64,000 bases of DNA from Lama guanicoe (taxonomy: Eukaryota). The DNA is taken from contig MU053557.1 in the NCBI GenBank assembly GCA_013239625.1, positions 5,963,842 to 6,027,841 on the forward strand. Reading direction: 5' to 3'. Below, one piece after another: positions 27,501-41,325 of this stretch. The notes under the pieces are model-generated. The model saw only the letters and a program-made list of their open reading frames with translations. It searched no databases and was not told the DNA's origin. Numbering within the stretch: the stretch's first letter is position 1; each line of letters starts with the position of its first letter. Position numbers and translations under genes: made by a program.

Positions 27501-28265
27501 AAATTAACATACTTTTAACATACAATCCAACAATTGTGCTCCTTCAGATTTACCCAAAGGAGCTGAAAACACATCCACACAAAAACATGCATATGGATGT
27601 TTATAGCATATTGATTCATAATTGCCAAAACATGGAAGCAACCAAGATGTCCTTCAGTAGGTGAATGAATAAATAAATTGTGGTACATCCAGACAATGGA
27701 ATATTATTCAGTGATAAGAAGAAATGAGCCATGAAAAGACATGGGGGATACTTACATGCATATTATAAAGAAAAAGAAACCAATCTGAAAGAGCTATTTG
27801 CTATTTACTGTTATTCCAATTATATAACATGCTGGAAAAGCAAAACTATGGAGACAATAAAAAGAAAAAAAATCAGTGTTTGCCAGGGAAGGGTGTCAGG
27901 GAAGGGATGCACAGACAGAGCACAGAGGATTTCCAGGTCAGTGAAAATGCTTGGTACAAAACCACAATGATGGATAAATGTTACACATTTCTTTAAACTC
28001 ATAAAATGTACAATACCAAGCATGAAACCATAATGCCATAATGTAAACTATGAATTTAGGGGTGACTGTGATGTTCAATGTCAGTTCATCAATTGCAACA
28101 AATATGCCCCCGATGGGAAATGTTGATAATGGGGGAAAAAACTATGCATGTGTAGGGGTAGGGAAGTCTATGAGAAATTTCTCTACCTTCCTCTTCATTT
28201 TGCTTCAAACATAAAACCATGTTAAAAAATAGTCTCACAAAACAAAGACACAAAAAAACAAACCA
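24590..28265. mobile_element. Nested L1 fragments on both strands, including an L1MA/MB-like 3' end at 26880-28265
   Basis: ORF2 C-terminal motifs (gaaatgcaaattaaaacaatgagataccac, caaccaagatgtccttcagtagg) and 3' UTR. Confidence 0.75.
26084..26448 (+). mobile_element. MLT1A/MST-like MaLR LTR
   Basis: tgctataggctgaat...ccctccaaaattcttatgttgaaac...ttggacttcctagcctccagaac...ttgttacagtagcctgaatggtctaagata. Confidence 0.8.
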
Positions 28266-30780
28266 CCACTCTTGCCCTCATTTATGTTTTCATTAGTCTT
28301 GAGTCACTGAGGCCTTAGGCATCCCTGCACATTGGCCCTCCCGTGTCATGCTTACTAGGCAGCAGGCGCTGTGTTAGGCAGTTTACTGACATTCTCACAA
28401 GATTCCCATGATTGCTTATTAGCTGAGTATTATTTTACAGAAAACAGTTTAGTTCCAGCTAACACAAACTGAGCACTTCTTGTGTGCCAGGCATTGTGCG
28501 GTCTCCTTTTCATGAACTGTCTTATTTAACCCTCACCACCAACCTATGAGGTCATAGGTTTTATTATTTTCCTAAGTCATAGTTGAAAAAATCTCGAAGA
28601 CAAGAGCGTTTATGTGCCCAAGTACATACAACTAGGAAGCACTGGTGCCAGGATTCCAAGGGCCCATGCTCCAAGCACTAGCTACCTGGAAAATGTGGGA
28701 ATGAGAGCAAAATACAAAGAGAAAACGAAAGTAACACAGAAACGTGAGAAAAGCAGAAAACGTGGGACTTTCCTACCTGGAAAAGATAATAGGATTAACC
28801 ATGGGGAAAATAGTGCTAGCTGTCTTTAAATGTTTCCAAATTCTAGACAGGAGAGCACATGTGCTCTCTGGGGTGCCAGAGACCAGAGCTGACTTGGGTC
28901 ACTTGGGGGTATATTTTCGTTTAAAGAAGCACTCTAAAGTACAGAGCTCCCTAACATTTCAGTGGGCAGTTTCAGTAGGAGGTGTTCCAATGTGCTGGGG
29001 TGAACCGCTGTGTGTGATGCTATAAAGGGAATTCCTGCAAGTCAGGCATGGAAAGGATGTGAGAAGTCAGAACTATAAGTTCCTTGTTCCCTGATAACCT
29101 CAGTTTTGAATTCAAAACTGTAATATTACAAACCTTGGTTGGATAAGGAAGTTGTGAACTTCGGGAGTGACAACCTGGAGCCACTGATGAAGTATTCCAT
29201 TTGCAAAAAAGAGCCATGCTGCCATCTGTTGGTCACCACTATTATTTATTTTATTTTATTTTTGACTTTGAAAGAAAAATCCATTAATCTCCATCAGTAA
29301 TTACGATATAAAAGTTGCCTTAACTTGTTGATATTATTTTCTTCAGAGCTTTGTCTCCGTAACATTCCCTGTTGACAAAGGTCCATTTATTTTTACTTTT
29401 TATTTCCGTAAGTAACATATTTTTGCCTCCACATCCTTACACAGTTGTCTGATAATTTCTTTGCAACAACTTCCTAAGAAAGGAGATGCTAGGTCAAAGA
29501 GCATTGTTTAATTTTTAAAATTTTGATATGCACTTTTCAATTGTTCTTCTGAGCAATATTGTGCCAACATACCATCATTTTATAAGGGAATCTTATTCCC
29601 TGAACCCTCATCAATTCTACATAAAATCTTTTAAGCTATTTCTTCATCTATTTGAATTTATTTGTATGTTGGTAGAATATTCTCTTCTGTAAATTTGTAG
29701 TTTTTGAATACTACTTATGTTGAATATTCAGATATGCATTTTGTTAATTTTCTTGGTTTTCGTTTCTGCCAGTCTTTTAGCCTGTTCATCTTTACTTACT
29801 GATTTGAAAGAGCTCTTTATAAAATAAAAAATACTTTATTTAAAACCATTGGATATCCTTATAGGCCAGGCATAGTGCTGGTAAAGTACATATTTGAGAA
29901 TAGCTCAGATTCTGTAGGGGAGTATCTTTCTCCTCTGCCCTTTCAATATACAATCACATTTTAAAAATTAACTACCTAATATGTGTTAGGCACTGTACTC
30001 AGTGCTGGTGATATATCCATGCCTTATCACTCAAACATACGCTTTTATATAATACAGGAAATAACCTTAGTAGTTTTATTAAATTGTGAAACTTTGTAGT
30101 GGTTCCAAGAATCTAAGAGACAAGATTTTTATTGGAATACGTGGACTTCAATTCTGACGCTCAAAGAAAAAAATCTATTTCTGATCTATTTTGTGCTTGT
30201 TACTGACAACAAGTGAGAGATTAACACAGGTGAATAAAACATCGCCCATCTCACTATGAGCTTACAGTCCAGTGTGTTACGGAGGAGGGGATAAGCTTGG
30301 AAAGCAATAATAACTACAATTTATGGTATGACTATAAATCAAGTACCATGCTTGTTACTTTTGATGTATTATCTCTAATCCTTACTGCAACTCTGAGATG
30401 TGATTTTTGTCCCTATTTAAACAATAAAAGGCTGGGGTAGGATTGGTCAAGTTGGACAGTTCAGGTAAAATAGGGTGGTTTTCCCTGGTAATAAGGAGTT
30501 TGACCTGGATACCAGTGGAGGATGTTTAGTGGGGAAAACAGAAAAATATTTAAGCCATTATTTAAATTCTGTCTCCAGTAAAGAGCCAGTGTGTGACTAC
30601 CCCTGCAGTGCAAGATGAGGAGGTGGGGGCAGGGGAGCACAGAGTGGGAGCTTCAGAAATTTTTACTTCAGAAGCCGTCAGAGTTGATTTTACATCCTTT
30701 GCAAAAGGTAATCTCTTTGGGAAATTCTTCCATTTTTTTCTGCCCGGACTCAAAAGTAAATGAGTAGTATAAGAATTATA

Positions 30781-31355
30781 GACAGATGAATGGATAGAGA
30801 AGATGTGGTCTATATATACACACACACACACACACANNNNNNNNNNNNNNNNNNNNNNNNNNNNNNNNNNNNNNNNNNNNNNNNNNNNNNNNNNNNNNNN
30901 ATGCCATAAAAATAAAATAATGCCATTTGCAGTAACATGGATGGACCTGGAAACCGTCATTCTAAGTGAAGTAAGCCAGAAAGAGAAAGAAAAATACCGT
31001 ATGATATCGCTTGTATGTAGAATCTAAAAAAAAGACACAAATGAACTTATTTACAAAACAGAAACAGACTCACAAAGAGAACAAACTTATAGTTACCAGT
31101 GGGTAAAGGGGGTGGAAAGGGATAAATTGGGAGTTTAAGATTTGCAGATACTGACTGGCATATAGAAAATAGATAAACAATAAGTTCATACTCTATAGCA
31201 CAGGGAACTAAATTCAGTATCTTGTAGTAACCTATAATAAAAAAGAATATTAAAACAAATATATGTATGTATAAGTATGATTGAAACATTATGGTGTACA
31301 CCAGAAATTGACACAACATTGTAAACTGACTATACTTCAATAAAAAAAATGAAAG
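30781..31355 (+). mobile_element. Young 5'-truncated L1 3' end containing (CA)n and the assembly gap
   Basis: gcagtaacatggatggacctgg...gactatacttcaataaaaaaaa. The same subfamily recurs at 33 kb and 52-53 kb. Confidence 0.85.
30837..30900. other. Assembly gap (64 N)
   Basis: Run of n next to a (CA)n tract. Confidence 1.
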
Positions 31356-32962
31356 AAAAGAGTAACTCAATTTATGGTTAAATAGGGAACAATAAAATAA
31401 TGTTTGCCTCCTCTCATGTGCAAAATACCACTGCAATGACACCAAAATTTAAAAATCACAAAATCCTTAGAAGGGCTAGAAAAGAGAGAAGATATTCCAC
31501 AGGATTACAAAATTCATAATGAAGATACTATGAACTAGTCTGGCAATAAATCAGACAACTTAGATGAAAACATGACTTGCTAAAACCAGCTCATGAAAAA
31601 ATAGAAAATTTGAACAGGCCTATCTATTAAAGCAACTGAATAAAACACAGAAATCATCCCATAAAGAAATCTACAAGTCCTGGTGACTTTCATGAGGAGT
31701 TCTTCTAAACATTTAAAATGGAAGAAATAAAAACCCCCCACAATCTTTTCTAGAGAATAGAAAAATATGGTAGACTCCCCATCTCTTTTTGTAAGGGTAG
31801 CATAACTTTGATGCCCAAACTTGATAAGACATTACAAGAAATGAAAATTATAGGATACCATGTTAACAAAATGAGTCAATTTATCTGTAGATCTGTGTAC
31901 CACAACCATATTAAGTTTATTTTCATAATGCAATGTTGATTAATATTTGAAAATACATTGTTTTAAACCACCACAATGTAAGACACAAGGGATAAAAAGC
32001 ATATGATGATCTCAATGGGTGCAGAAAGAATATTTGAGAAGGACTTGGGTGCAAGTATTTATTTGGAAGATGATCTCAGGAAACACAAGTGAGGAAACTG
32101 GGAAAGCGAGGCAAGGGTGGAAGAAGAGCTAAAAAAGCATGCATTAATGAGTAGGTTAATATTGTGGAGAATTGGAACTCTCTGAACAGGTGTGAGAAAA
32201 ATGCCTCAGATTCACTGACAGAGGACAGGGATGCTGAGCCATCCATCCACAGATTGACATCCCCTGCACTTCTGGCTGCTCCTTTCAGCAGCTGAGAAAG
32301 CTCCCTGGTGCTTGAGAAAGCTCTCAGGTAGAGAAGAGAGATCCAGGCTCCTGATGTAGAAAGATGTCAGGGCAAACATCTCTGTTACTGCTGAACTCAG
32401 GAGGGCCAGAGGGCTATGCGCAGAGCACTGACAGCACCTGCTACAGAATCCAAGAGGACGTCAGAGACAAGAAATAGTCATGCGTAAAAATTTGGTAAAA
32501 ATTTGAAGAGCTAATTTCTCCTTGTAAAAAAGAAGTACAATGTCAATCCAAATTATCAGAAAACATTGATATGGAAGGTGGCAGAGGGTAGCAGATGCAG
32601 CTCCTACTTTTTTTTTTTTTTTTTTGGTCAGGGGCTCTATGTATTAGCTTTAGAAATTATGTTTACTTTTTAATAAAATTACAGGTAAGATTAATAGAAA
32701 GTATATTATATAAACATTACTATTAAGAGTTTTTTTACCTTTGATTTTTAAAAACTAACTTTCTCAACCCTATCAGATAGTTCTGATAATTGCTATCATT
32801 ATCCCATTTTATTGTTCAGAAAATGAAGCTGAAAGTGGTTCAGAAAAACAGTTAGGGTCTCACACAGCAAACAGTGGAACTAGGAAATGCTCCCAAGCAG
32901 CCTGTCTCCAGAGCTAATGCTTTTATCCACAATGCAATATTATGGTTTGATGTTAAAAATTA

Positions 32963-33675
32963 ACTGCTGGTGGGAATGTAGTTTGGTGCAGACATTATGG
33001 AAAATAGTATGGAGATTCCTCAAAAAACTAAAACTAGATTTACCATATGACCCAGCAGTCCCACTCCTGGGCATATATCCAGAGGGAACTTTAATTTGAA
33101 AAGACACATGCACCCCACTGTTGATAGCGGCACTATTTACAATAGCCAAGACATGAAAGCAACCTAAATGTCCATTGACAGATGACTGGATAAAGAAGCT
33201 GTGGTATATTTATAGAATGGAATACTACTCAGCCATAAAAAAGAATAAAATAATGCCATTTGCAGCAACATGGATGGACCTGGAGAGTGTCATTCTAAGT
33301 GAAGTAAGACAGAAAGAGAAAGAAAAATAACATATGATATCATTCACATATGGAATCTAAGAAAAAAGAGAACACTAATGAACTCATCTACAAAACAGAA
33401 ACAGACTCACAGACATAGTAAACAATCTTATAGTTACCAGGGGAAAGGGGGTGGGAAGGGATAAATTTGGGAGTTTGAGATTTGCAACTATATATAAAAA
33501 TAAATTTAGAAAACTAATTTCTTCTGTACAGCACAGGGAACTATATTCAATATCTTGTAGTAAGTCTCTAATGAAAAAGAACATGAAAAGGAATATATAA
33601 TGTGTATAACTGAATCACTATGCTGTACACCAGAAACTGACACTTGTAACTGACTATACTTCAATTAAAAAAATT
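32963..33675 (+). mobile_element. Young 5'-truncated L1
   Basis: ORF2 end ([27 protein letters not shown]), 3' UTR and A-tail. Probable TSD aaaaattaa on both sides. Confidence 0.88.
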
Positions 33676-35204
33676 AAGTGTACCCACACAACAGAAAAGT
33701 GAAATAGGAAACAAATGTTGAGATGATGGAGCTAAATCATTGATTCCACTGAGTGTAAGCACTGTACTTAAACTGTACTAACTACAAGTAAAGATGGTTA
33801 GACTGAATAAGATACTCAACTACATGATCCTTATGTGAGACATAACTTAAAAATAAAACAAACTAAAACCTTAAGTTTAAAAAGTCAAGGGGAAAAAAAT
33901 CCCATATAAAATCTAAGAAAAGGAAAGCTTGGGTGGCTATACTAAAATTAGTTGAAGCAAACTTTATAGATTAAAGAATAGCTAGGTTTATGTAGGAGCA
34001 GTTTAGAATTGTAGAAAGTTTAGTTCACTAGGAATGTATCATTATTTCAGCTTAAATATCAGCAGCTGTTGAATCTCTGTTGTGGGATAACACAGTGATT
34101 TTCACTAAGTCAGCAATATATCCCTTCCCCTGATTGGGAAAAGATGTCTTTCTGTCTTGAAGTAAAGGTGAGACATTCTGTCAGGTGAACTGTAGTCCCC
34201 AGCTTAGGTTCGGTGGCTCCGTGACTCTGAGTTTCCATGGTGTTTGAGTCTCTGATGCTAATCCTCACCAAGTCAGCTGCTGAGGTGGGTAATGTCATTT
34301 TCCCTAGCCTGTCTGGAAATTTCTGTAGCAGGAATGGGCTCATGTGGATCCCAGTGTGGGAGAACTCATCACCTTCACTGCTGGAGACACTGCACCCATA
34401 GGGTGCAAGGATGACCAACTTGGGAGAGGAAGAGGACTCAGCAGCATGTGTGTTTTCTCCAGAGCACTGGCTTATCCTGATTTAAGACACAAAGCAGGCT
34501 TTGAGCAGTCTTAGAAGATTGGAATGTGTCTCTATGTCTTGACTCAGGTAACCTCGCAGAGAGGGATATAACTACGGGTGAGTTGGATGATGTAAAATGT
34601 TGAGGACAGGACACAATGATTGTCTTTTGTTAACCAAATGTGATTAAAAAAAAGAGAGAGAGCTTGACAAAGACACTGATGCTAAACCAATGGAGACTTT
34701 ACATAGCTCTCTACAACCCATCTGGCTGGAGAGAGCGAAGTCAGAATTGCTCAGACCGAAGTTAGCTTTAGAGATGGAGGGCACAGAGTGACCACTGGGT
34801 GTCATGTGCAGGGCTCTGAGCAATGCTGTTTGGACCTGAGATCTGGCTTCTGGCACCGCCCCTTCTCTGTCCTCCCAACTCACACTTTCACATCCCCTCT
34901 GTTTTCCCCTTTGCTCCATTTTCTCCCCCTTCCCCACTCTTGGATCTCTGTCCTTTCTTCACTCCTCTATTTCCCCTGCCCCTCTCTCTGCTGCTAAGTT
35001 TCAGCCAACTTTTAAAGGGACCTCCAGGGAGGTCTGGGGAGTGAGGGCACAGTTTTGGGTCTTATTTCACCCAGAGTCTGTCCTGCTTCTCCCGGAGCCC
35101 TGAGTGGAAGGTCGGAGAGCTCTGCCCCAGGGTGGCAGATTCCAGTCCTGGCTCTGCTGTTCACTGGCCTTTTGACTGTCACATTGAGGAGCCTCACTTC
35201 CCCA

Positions 35205-35795
35205 TGTATGGAACCCTAAAAGATCCAGAATAGCCAAAGCAATCTTAAGAACAAAACTGGCAGCATCATGATCTCTGCTTTCCAACTAAATTACAAAGCT
35301 ATAGCAATCACAATAGTATTAGTACTGGGATAAAAACAGACACAGATCAGTGGAACAGAATAGAGAGCCCAGAAAAAAAAAACCCACACATATATGGTCA
35401 ATCAACTTACGACAAGGAAGGCAAGAATATACAATGGCAATAGGACAGTCCCTTCAATAAATAATGCTGGGAAAACTGGACAGCCACATGCAAAAGAATG
35501 AAACTGGACCACCATCTTACACCATGCACAAAAATTAACTCAAAATGAATTAAAGACTTGAATGTAAGGCCTGAAAGCATAAAACTCCTAGGAGAAAATA
35601 GAGGTAATAAGTTCCTTGACATTGGTCTTGGAGATGATTTTTTTGATTTGACACCAAAAGCAAAAATAAACAAGTGGGGCTACAGCAAAGGAAAAGGCTT
35701 CTGCACAGCAAAAGAAACCGTTAGCAAAATGAAAAGGCAGCCTATGAATGGAAGAAAATATCCGCAAATCATATATCTGATAAGGGGTTAATATC
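35205..35795 (+). mobile_element. L1 ORF2 fragment
   Basis: Encodes NVRPESIKLLGENRG...DIGLG-type ORF2 motifs. Confidence 0.85.
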
Positions 35796-36016
35796 TTATT
35801 CACTCTTTCCTCTCAGGAAATATTCATCCACAAACTCTGTGACCTTACAGAAAAGTCTATGCGCACACTGGTACATCTAACTTACATCACAAGGAGGGAC
35901 AAAGTGCAAGGGGAACGTAGATCCTGGAACTGCACTGTTTGTTCAATTTGGAATCTCGACACTGCCCCTAATTGTGTGACCTTGGGTAGTAATAGTCCCC
36001 TCTGGGCCTCTGTCCC

Positions 36017-36546
36017 TGTGGTAGGCAGGCTCTAAGACAGCCCCCAGCAATCACTGCCTCCTTCTAGTCACAGTCTTATATAATCCCACCCTTCTGAGTA
36101 ACTTGCTTCTAACCAATAGAAGTAATGATGAGAAGGTATCACTTCTGCTAGGTTCCAAAACTTTGTGACTTTTATCTTGCTGGCAAACTTGCTGTTCTTT
36201 CTGGCTTTGATGGAGCAAGTTGACAAGTTGAAGAGGCCCATGTGGCAAGTAACTGAGGGTGGAAGCCAGCCAACAGACAGCAAAGAACGGAGGCCCACAG
36301 TCCAACAGCCCTTGAGGAACCAAATCCAAAAAACACACGTGAGCTTGGAAGCAGATCCTTTTCCAATCAAATCTTCAGATGAGCCCTTGAAACTGGCTAA
36401 CATTTTGATTGCAGCCCTATGAGAGACTGAGGCAGAGGACATGCCCAAATTCCTGAGCCCCAAAACTATGAGATGATAAATGTGTATTGTCTAAAGCTGG
36501 TAAGTTTTGGGATAATTTGCCATGCAGCAATAGATAACTAATACAT
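36017..36546 (+). mobile_element. MLT1F-like MaLR LTR
   Basis: tgtggtaggcaggctctaagacagccccc ... gcagcaatagataactaataca. Confidence 0.8.
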
Positions 36547-37299
36547 TTCCCTCTTACGTAAAAAAGAGACAACAGTAGTTACCAACATCGCAGATTCGTT
36601 TTGAAGATTAAAGACAATGCTTTAAAGGATATAGAACAGTAACCAGAACATAGCATTATGTAAGTGTTTGTTAAATAATTTATATTTATGCCGAAAAGAG
36701 AAAAATGTAATTTTTTGGACTCCTGAATTCTATCCACAGACTGCCAAGGGCCTTATGGATCCCAGGGTAAGAATTCTTGTGTCTAGAACAAATGGAGGAC
36801 ATTTAGATGAATGTTTTCTCCCTTGTTACCTCCAAATTATTTCTGTCTACATCAACCTTTCCTCCTGCATCAGAGAAGAAAGGTCTTCTTTAGTCCTTAC
36901 TCTATGTTCTGAATCCTAGGCCATCCCACTTCGCCAGGGTCTTTGTGCAATCGAGCATCTCCCATCTGTTGTACACAGCTGCGTCCCTAGATACAGAGGC
37001 ATCAAAACCTTTGCACACACCAGACGCTCATCGGTGTGTGTGCAAGCATCAGGGAGACAGAGGACCAGAGGTAAGTAAAGGGGCAGAGGCACAGGCACCA
37101 CCCCCAGTAATAACCAGCATTGCTTCACAGTGCTGAGGTGGGCACAGGCCTTACCCAGAGATGAAGGGCAAACAAAGATGGTCTCAAATGCTGGGAGGTA
37201 AACCCCACAGTGAGAAAATCCATTTTCATTCCTGGATGCCTACATCTACCCCTGCACTGACCCTGGCTGACTCTGAGGTGACAGTGGCAGATAGAAAGG

Positions 37300-38340
37300 G
37301 CACTGAGTTAAGAATATGGAACACACTCACTATGCATCCATAATTTCAGTGTCAGCCAGGGCACCATACAAATAAATGATCTAACCTTTGAAGGAGAAGA
37401 CGGGGACATGAGAATGACTGTGGGTGATTACCTAATGAGACCCATTTGAATGAAAGGTGTTGGCATCTGGATGATGCTGTGTGATGTCAGCTTGGGGTCA
37501 CTGCAACTGGCATTGCCCAAACTGAGGCCAATTTTTTAGACTCCACAATCAGAACTGTCATACTATGTCTGATGTGGCTGTCACTTCCTCTTACTAGAAA
37601 ATCCTCCTTGGCAGCCAAGATAATGTGCACTCTGGTTTCCTTCCTACTTCCTTGAGTATTCCTTCTGTCTCCTCCCTGCGTTCCATTTCTTTTCCTCTGC
37701 CTCTGGTGAACTCATCCATCTCCCAGTTTCACTTGCCTCTGTGCTGAGGACTTCCCAATTCCTACCCTACCAGGTCAGCTTCTCTAAAGAGCTTCAGAAT
37801 CATAGACAAACATCTGCACAACTGGAAACCTCCCATGTGACGCCCCTTAGTACCAACTCAGCATGTCCTAAAATGAACTATCCTTGCCCCACAAACCTGT
37901 TCTTCCCCACTATCTCAGTTGGTAGTAATACCATCTTCCAAGAGCCCAAGCCCCAAGATCCATGTTCTCATCACCCTGTCTAACCATCACCATGTCTTGT
38001 TGATTTAATCCCTTCATGATTCTTGAATCTGGCACCTCATCTCTTTCATTTCTCAACAATTACCATCCCAAATCGGGTCACTATCTCTTGCCCAGACTGT
38101 TGCAAAGCCTCCTAACTGGTCAGATTCCACAGATGTTCCTCTTAAAACCATTTTCCAAGAAGCTACTGGAACCCTTTTCCTAAAACACAAATGTCATTTT
38201 TTGCAGCCTTGCTTTAAACTTCTTCCGTGGCACCCTCTGGCCTTTAAAAGCTCTCTGTGGCTTGATGCCAGCTGACTCCATCCTCAGTGCATCCTCCAGC
38301 CTGTGTAAGGGGTAATTTCTGGCAACCCTGCACAACTTTA
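37300..38340. mobile_element. L2 fragments
   Basis: Motifs ctggtttccttcctac, aactcagcatgtcctaaaatgaact, gcctcctaactggtc. Confidence 0.6.
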
Positions 38341-39569
38341 GCCTCCTGCCCCATGCCCCCATGGTGTTCCTCCTCAGCTTCCAGCTCTGTATTCACTTCA
38401 CTAACCCTGACCTTACTGAGCGGCGTGTGACTGGCAATAAGCCTACTTCTTGTGGAGGACCTAAATGTTGAATGTGGCACATATGGCAAGTTCCATTCAT
38501 ATCGCCCTTCTTCCAGAGCCTTGGAAGAACTGGCTGAGGGTCACATGTTCCACTGCAGGGTCTCTGGGTCGCCGGGTCTGCAGCAGGGCCACGCTGGGAG
38601 TGGGGGAAGGACAGCTGCCCTGCCCTGAAAGGGAAGTTGTTGGCGGATGAGGACATAGGAGTGTATGATGGTCACAATCGGTAAGAGACGATTATTAAAA
38701 GCGGCCAGGAGCCGTGGTTTAGGCTGAGGTGGACGCTCCAGAGAAAGCCGAGCAGTTGGAGGATTGCTGTTGGCTGCTCACGTTGCGCAGCAAAATGCAG
38801 AGGCTGCAGGAAACTGGCACATCAGGTTCAAGGAGGGCCCTCCAAGCTGACGATCCACACTTCCACGCCCTGCGGGGTCCAGGGGCTGATCCTCACTGGC
38901 ACAAGCTAACTGGTCGCTAATCGCTGACCCCATTCCATCCTCAGTTGCTCTCGGCCGGCCCTCCCTTTGGGAGCCTGAGGCAAAAATGTGGGCAGTGGAG
39001 GACTGCCAGTGCGCCCCTGCTAGAAGAGTGTGGGACACCTGGTGAGGTGTGCATAGGAAGGGGAGTGGGAGCCCTGAGGAGGTGAGTGCAAAAGGGGGCG
39101 GTCGTGGAAGGAGCTAGACCCAGACAGGGAAGAGCCGAACCAGCAAGTTCCAGCTTCCTTTGCCTGTGGGGTGGATCCATAGTCAGGTATGCAATGCCCA
39201 ACACTCCATGTGCTTCTTATAAAGGAAAGTGCTGAAACCCACTGCTAACTGCTTACCATCCTATCGCATCTGTCCCTGTCGGAGCCAAGTGTGTTAACTT
39301 GGGTAATCGGCACAGCTACTACCATCTCCCTCTTACATCCAAGTAAAGAGAGGTTCCCCAAGTTACAGGCTAATAAGGAGCAAAGGTGGATTTCACACCA
39401 GACACGCTAGCCGCCCAAGCTGTGCCCTCAGAAGCACACACCCTTGCATGGGTAGTTTGGGCAGAAGAGTAGAAACCAACAATAAACAAACAGGCTCTGA
39501 GTAATAACATAAAAACTAGGAGACCTGGGGACTCTTGGTGAACTGAGATCCAGACACGCAAAGGTTAGG

Positions 39570-39775
39570 ACAGGGTGAGCAAACTTTTTCTGTAAAGGGC
39601 AAGATAATGTTTCAGTCTCTGTGAAGCCATGTGGTTTCTGTCACAGCCACTCAGCTCGGAAGTGGTGGCACAATAAACAGCCACACACAACATGTAAAAG
39701 GATGAATGTGGCTGTTCTCTAGTAAAACAGGCAGTGGGCTGGGTGTAGCCCGCGGCTGGCTGACCTCTGGTCCAC
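39570..39775. mobile_element. MER58-like hAT DNA transposon
   Basis: cagggtgagcaaactttttctgtaaagggc...tgacctctg with terminal inverted repeat remnants. Confidence 0.7.
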
Positions 39776-41233
39776 AGGGAAGCTAAGCTGCTCAGAGCGA
39801 TGAGCAAGTGAACTGCAATAGGCCTGGGGCAGGGAGGGTGGGGGAGTTCAAGTCTGAGGTCTGAGCCAGCCTGGGGCCAGTCAGGCTGTCCCACAATGTT
39901 GTGCAGGTTGCTCACCCCACAAGGGCACCTGGCGGGCGGATAAGGGTAAGAGTCGACAGTCCAGGCTGCATTGCTTTCACCAAGCTGTTCAGTCATGCTG
40001 GAGCTGGCCTGCCTCAGCCAAGGGGGAAAGGGCCCTCGTCTACTCGCCAAGCTGTGTGCCCGAGGACCACGATGTGTGGGTTTACCAGGTGCTGTGCTTG
40101 TAGTTGCTAGGGAAACAGACCCTCATGAGGTTGTTAAGGAAATAGGACAAGAGGTAAAACGTCTTTCCAGCTGTCTTGACAAGACAGAGCCTTAAGCAAT
40201 GAACCTGTGTTACTACATTACATGCTTCAAATGGCTCAAGCCTGCAAAGACCTTCGAGCTGACCAGGTGAGTCCAGGCACTTCAGTCCCTCCCTTTAAGA
40301 CTACACTTCAATGAAAAAAAAAGGCAAAGAATTTATAGTAGTCTGAAAAAAAGTGTAGAAAATTCTTACGGATAATTGGGAAGATCAGAAATGCAAAGAA
40401 AACAGAAAACAAGTATCTATGGACGTAAAAAGAACTCTAATTAATTACATTTTATGTATTTTTTCAAATTAATTTACTTCATAATATTTGGATATTTATA
40501 AATCTTAATTTCATGGAAGAATATTTCAGAAAATATTTCAGAAAATATGAAATACTTTTAGAGATTCATAATTCATTTTACCATTTAATATCTCATAATT
40601 TTTAAGTAAAAATTTTAAACTTTATTTAATCAAGTATTTCTCCAAATCTCCCCTAATTAACATCTAGGGAATGTGTTCTTCAAGAGAACATTTGAGAATG
40701 TTTAAATTACCTCTAAATTATCCCCTTATTCAAAAACTGGTTATTTCTGTACTTTTGCCTTCTGTCTAATAAACTTATTTTGATCGTTTGCTTTTCTTCT
40801 GCCGCAGTGTACATAGTGGCGTCCCACACTTCACTGCTGGACATCTCATCTGCACCATCATGGGAGCCTGGTTACTCGGGGCAGTAGAGCTGAGGGAAAG
40901 GCACTCATATCATTCCTAACTGAAGCCAAACTAAGGGAGGCTGAAGGATTAGGGCCCATGTGGGAATCTACTGTGTTGGGCAAATAACATCTTTTCTACA
41001 GCAGAAAGACAGAATTCAGTACCAAGATAAAAACCAAGATTCCCAACTGAAATAGTACTACCAAAAAATGACCCTTCATATTCCTGCTTTCCAAGCCTTC
41101 AGTCTTTTTCACATGCACATCATTTAACTCTTTTAGAGAACCATTTTACTCTTCCAGGGCACCATCTTACTCCGCTAGGTCCCAGTAATGGAAAATTCAA
41201 ATGACAGTCAGCACATTGCCCCAACCCACTTAC

Positions 41234-41325
41234 TTTTAGATCGTCCTTGCACTGTGATGAAGAAAACAGCCACAGGAATGCAGACCACAGTTAAAATAAT
41301 ACTCCAAATTATCTGTATAGTATTT
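41234..41325 (-). pseudogene. Butyrophilin-like unit B, transmembrane exon
   Basis: AG acceptor and GTAAGT donor flank a frame reading NTIQIIWSIILTVVCIPVAVFFITVQGRSK, directly downstream of a BTN IgC exon. Confidence 0.7.

Noticed and set aside
40499..40560. Short repeat of aatatttcagaa
   Set aside because: It is an ordinary slippage duplication in AT-rich DNA.
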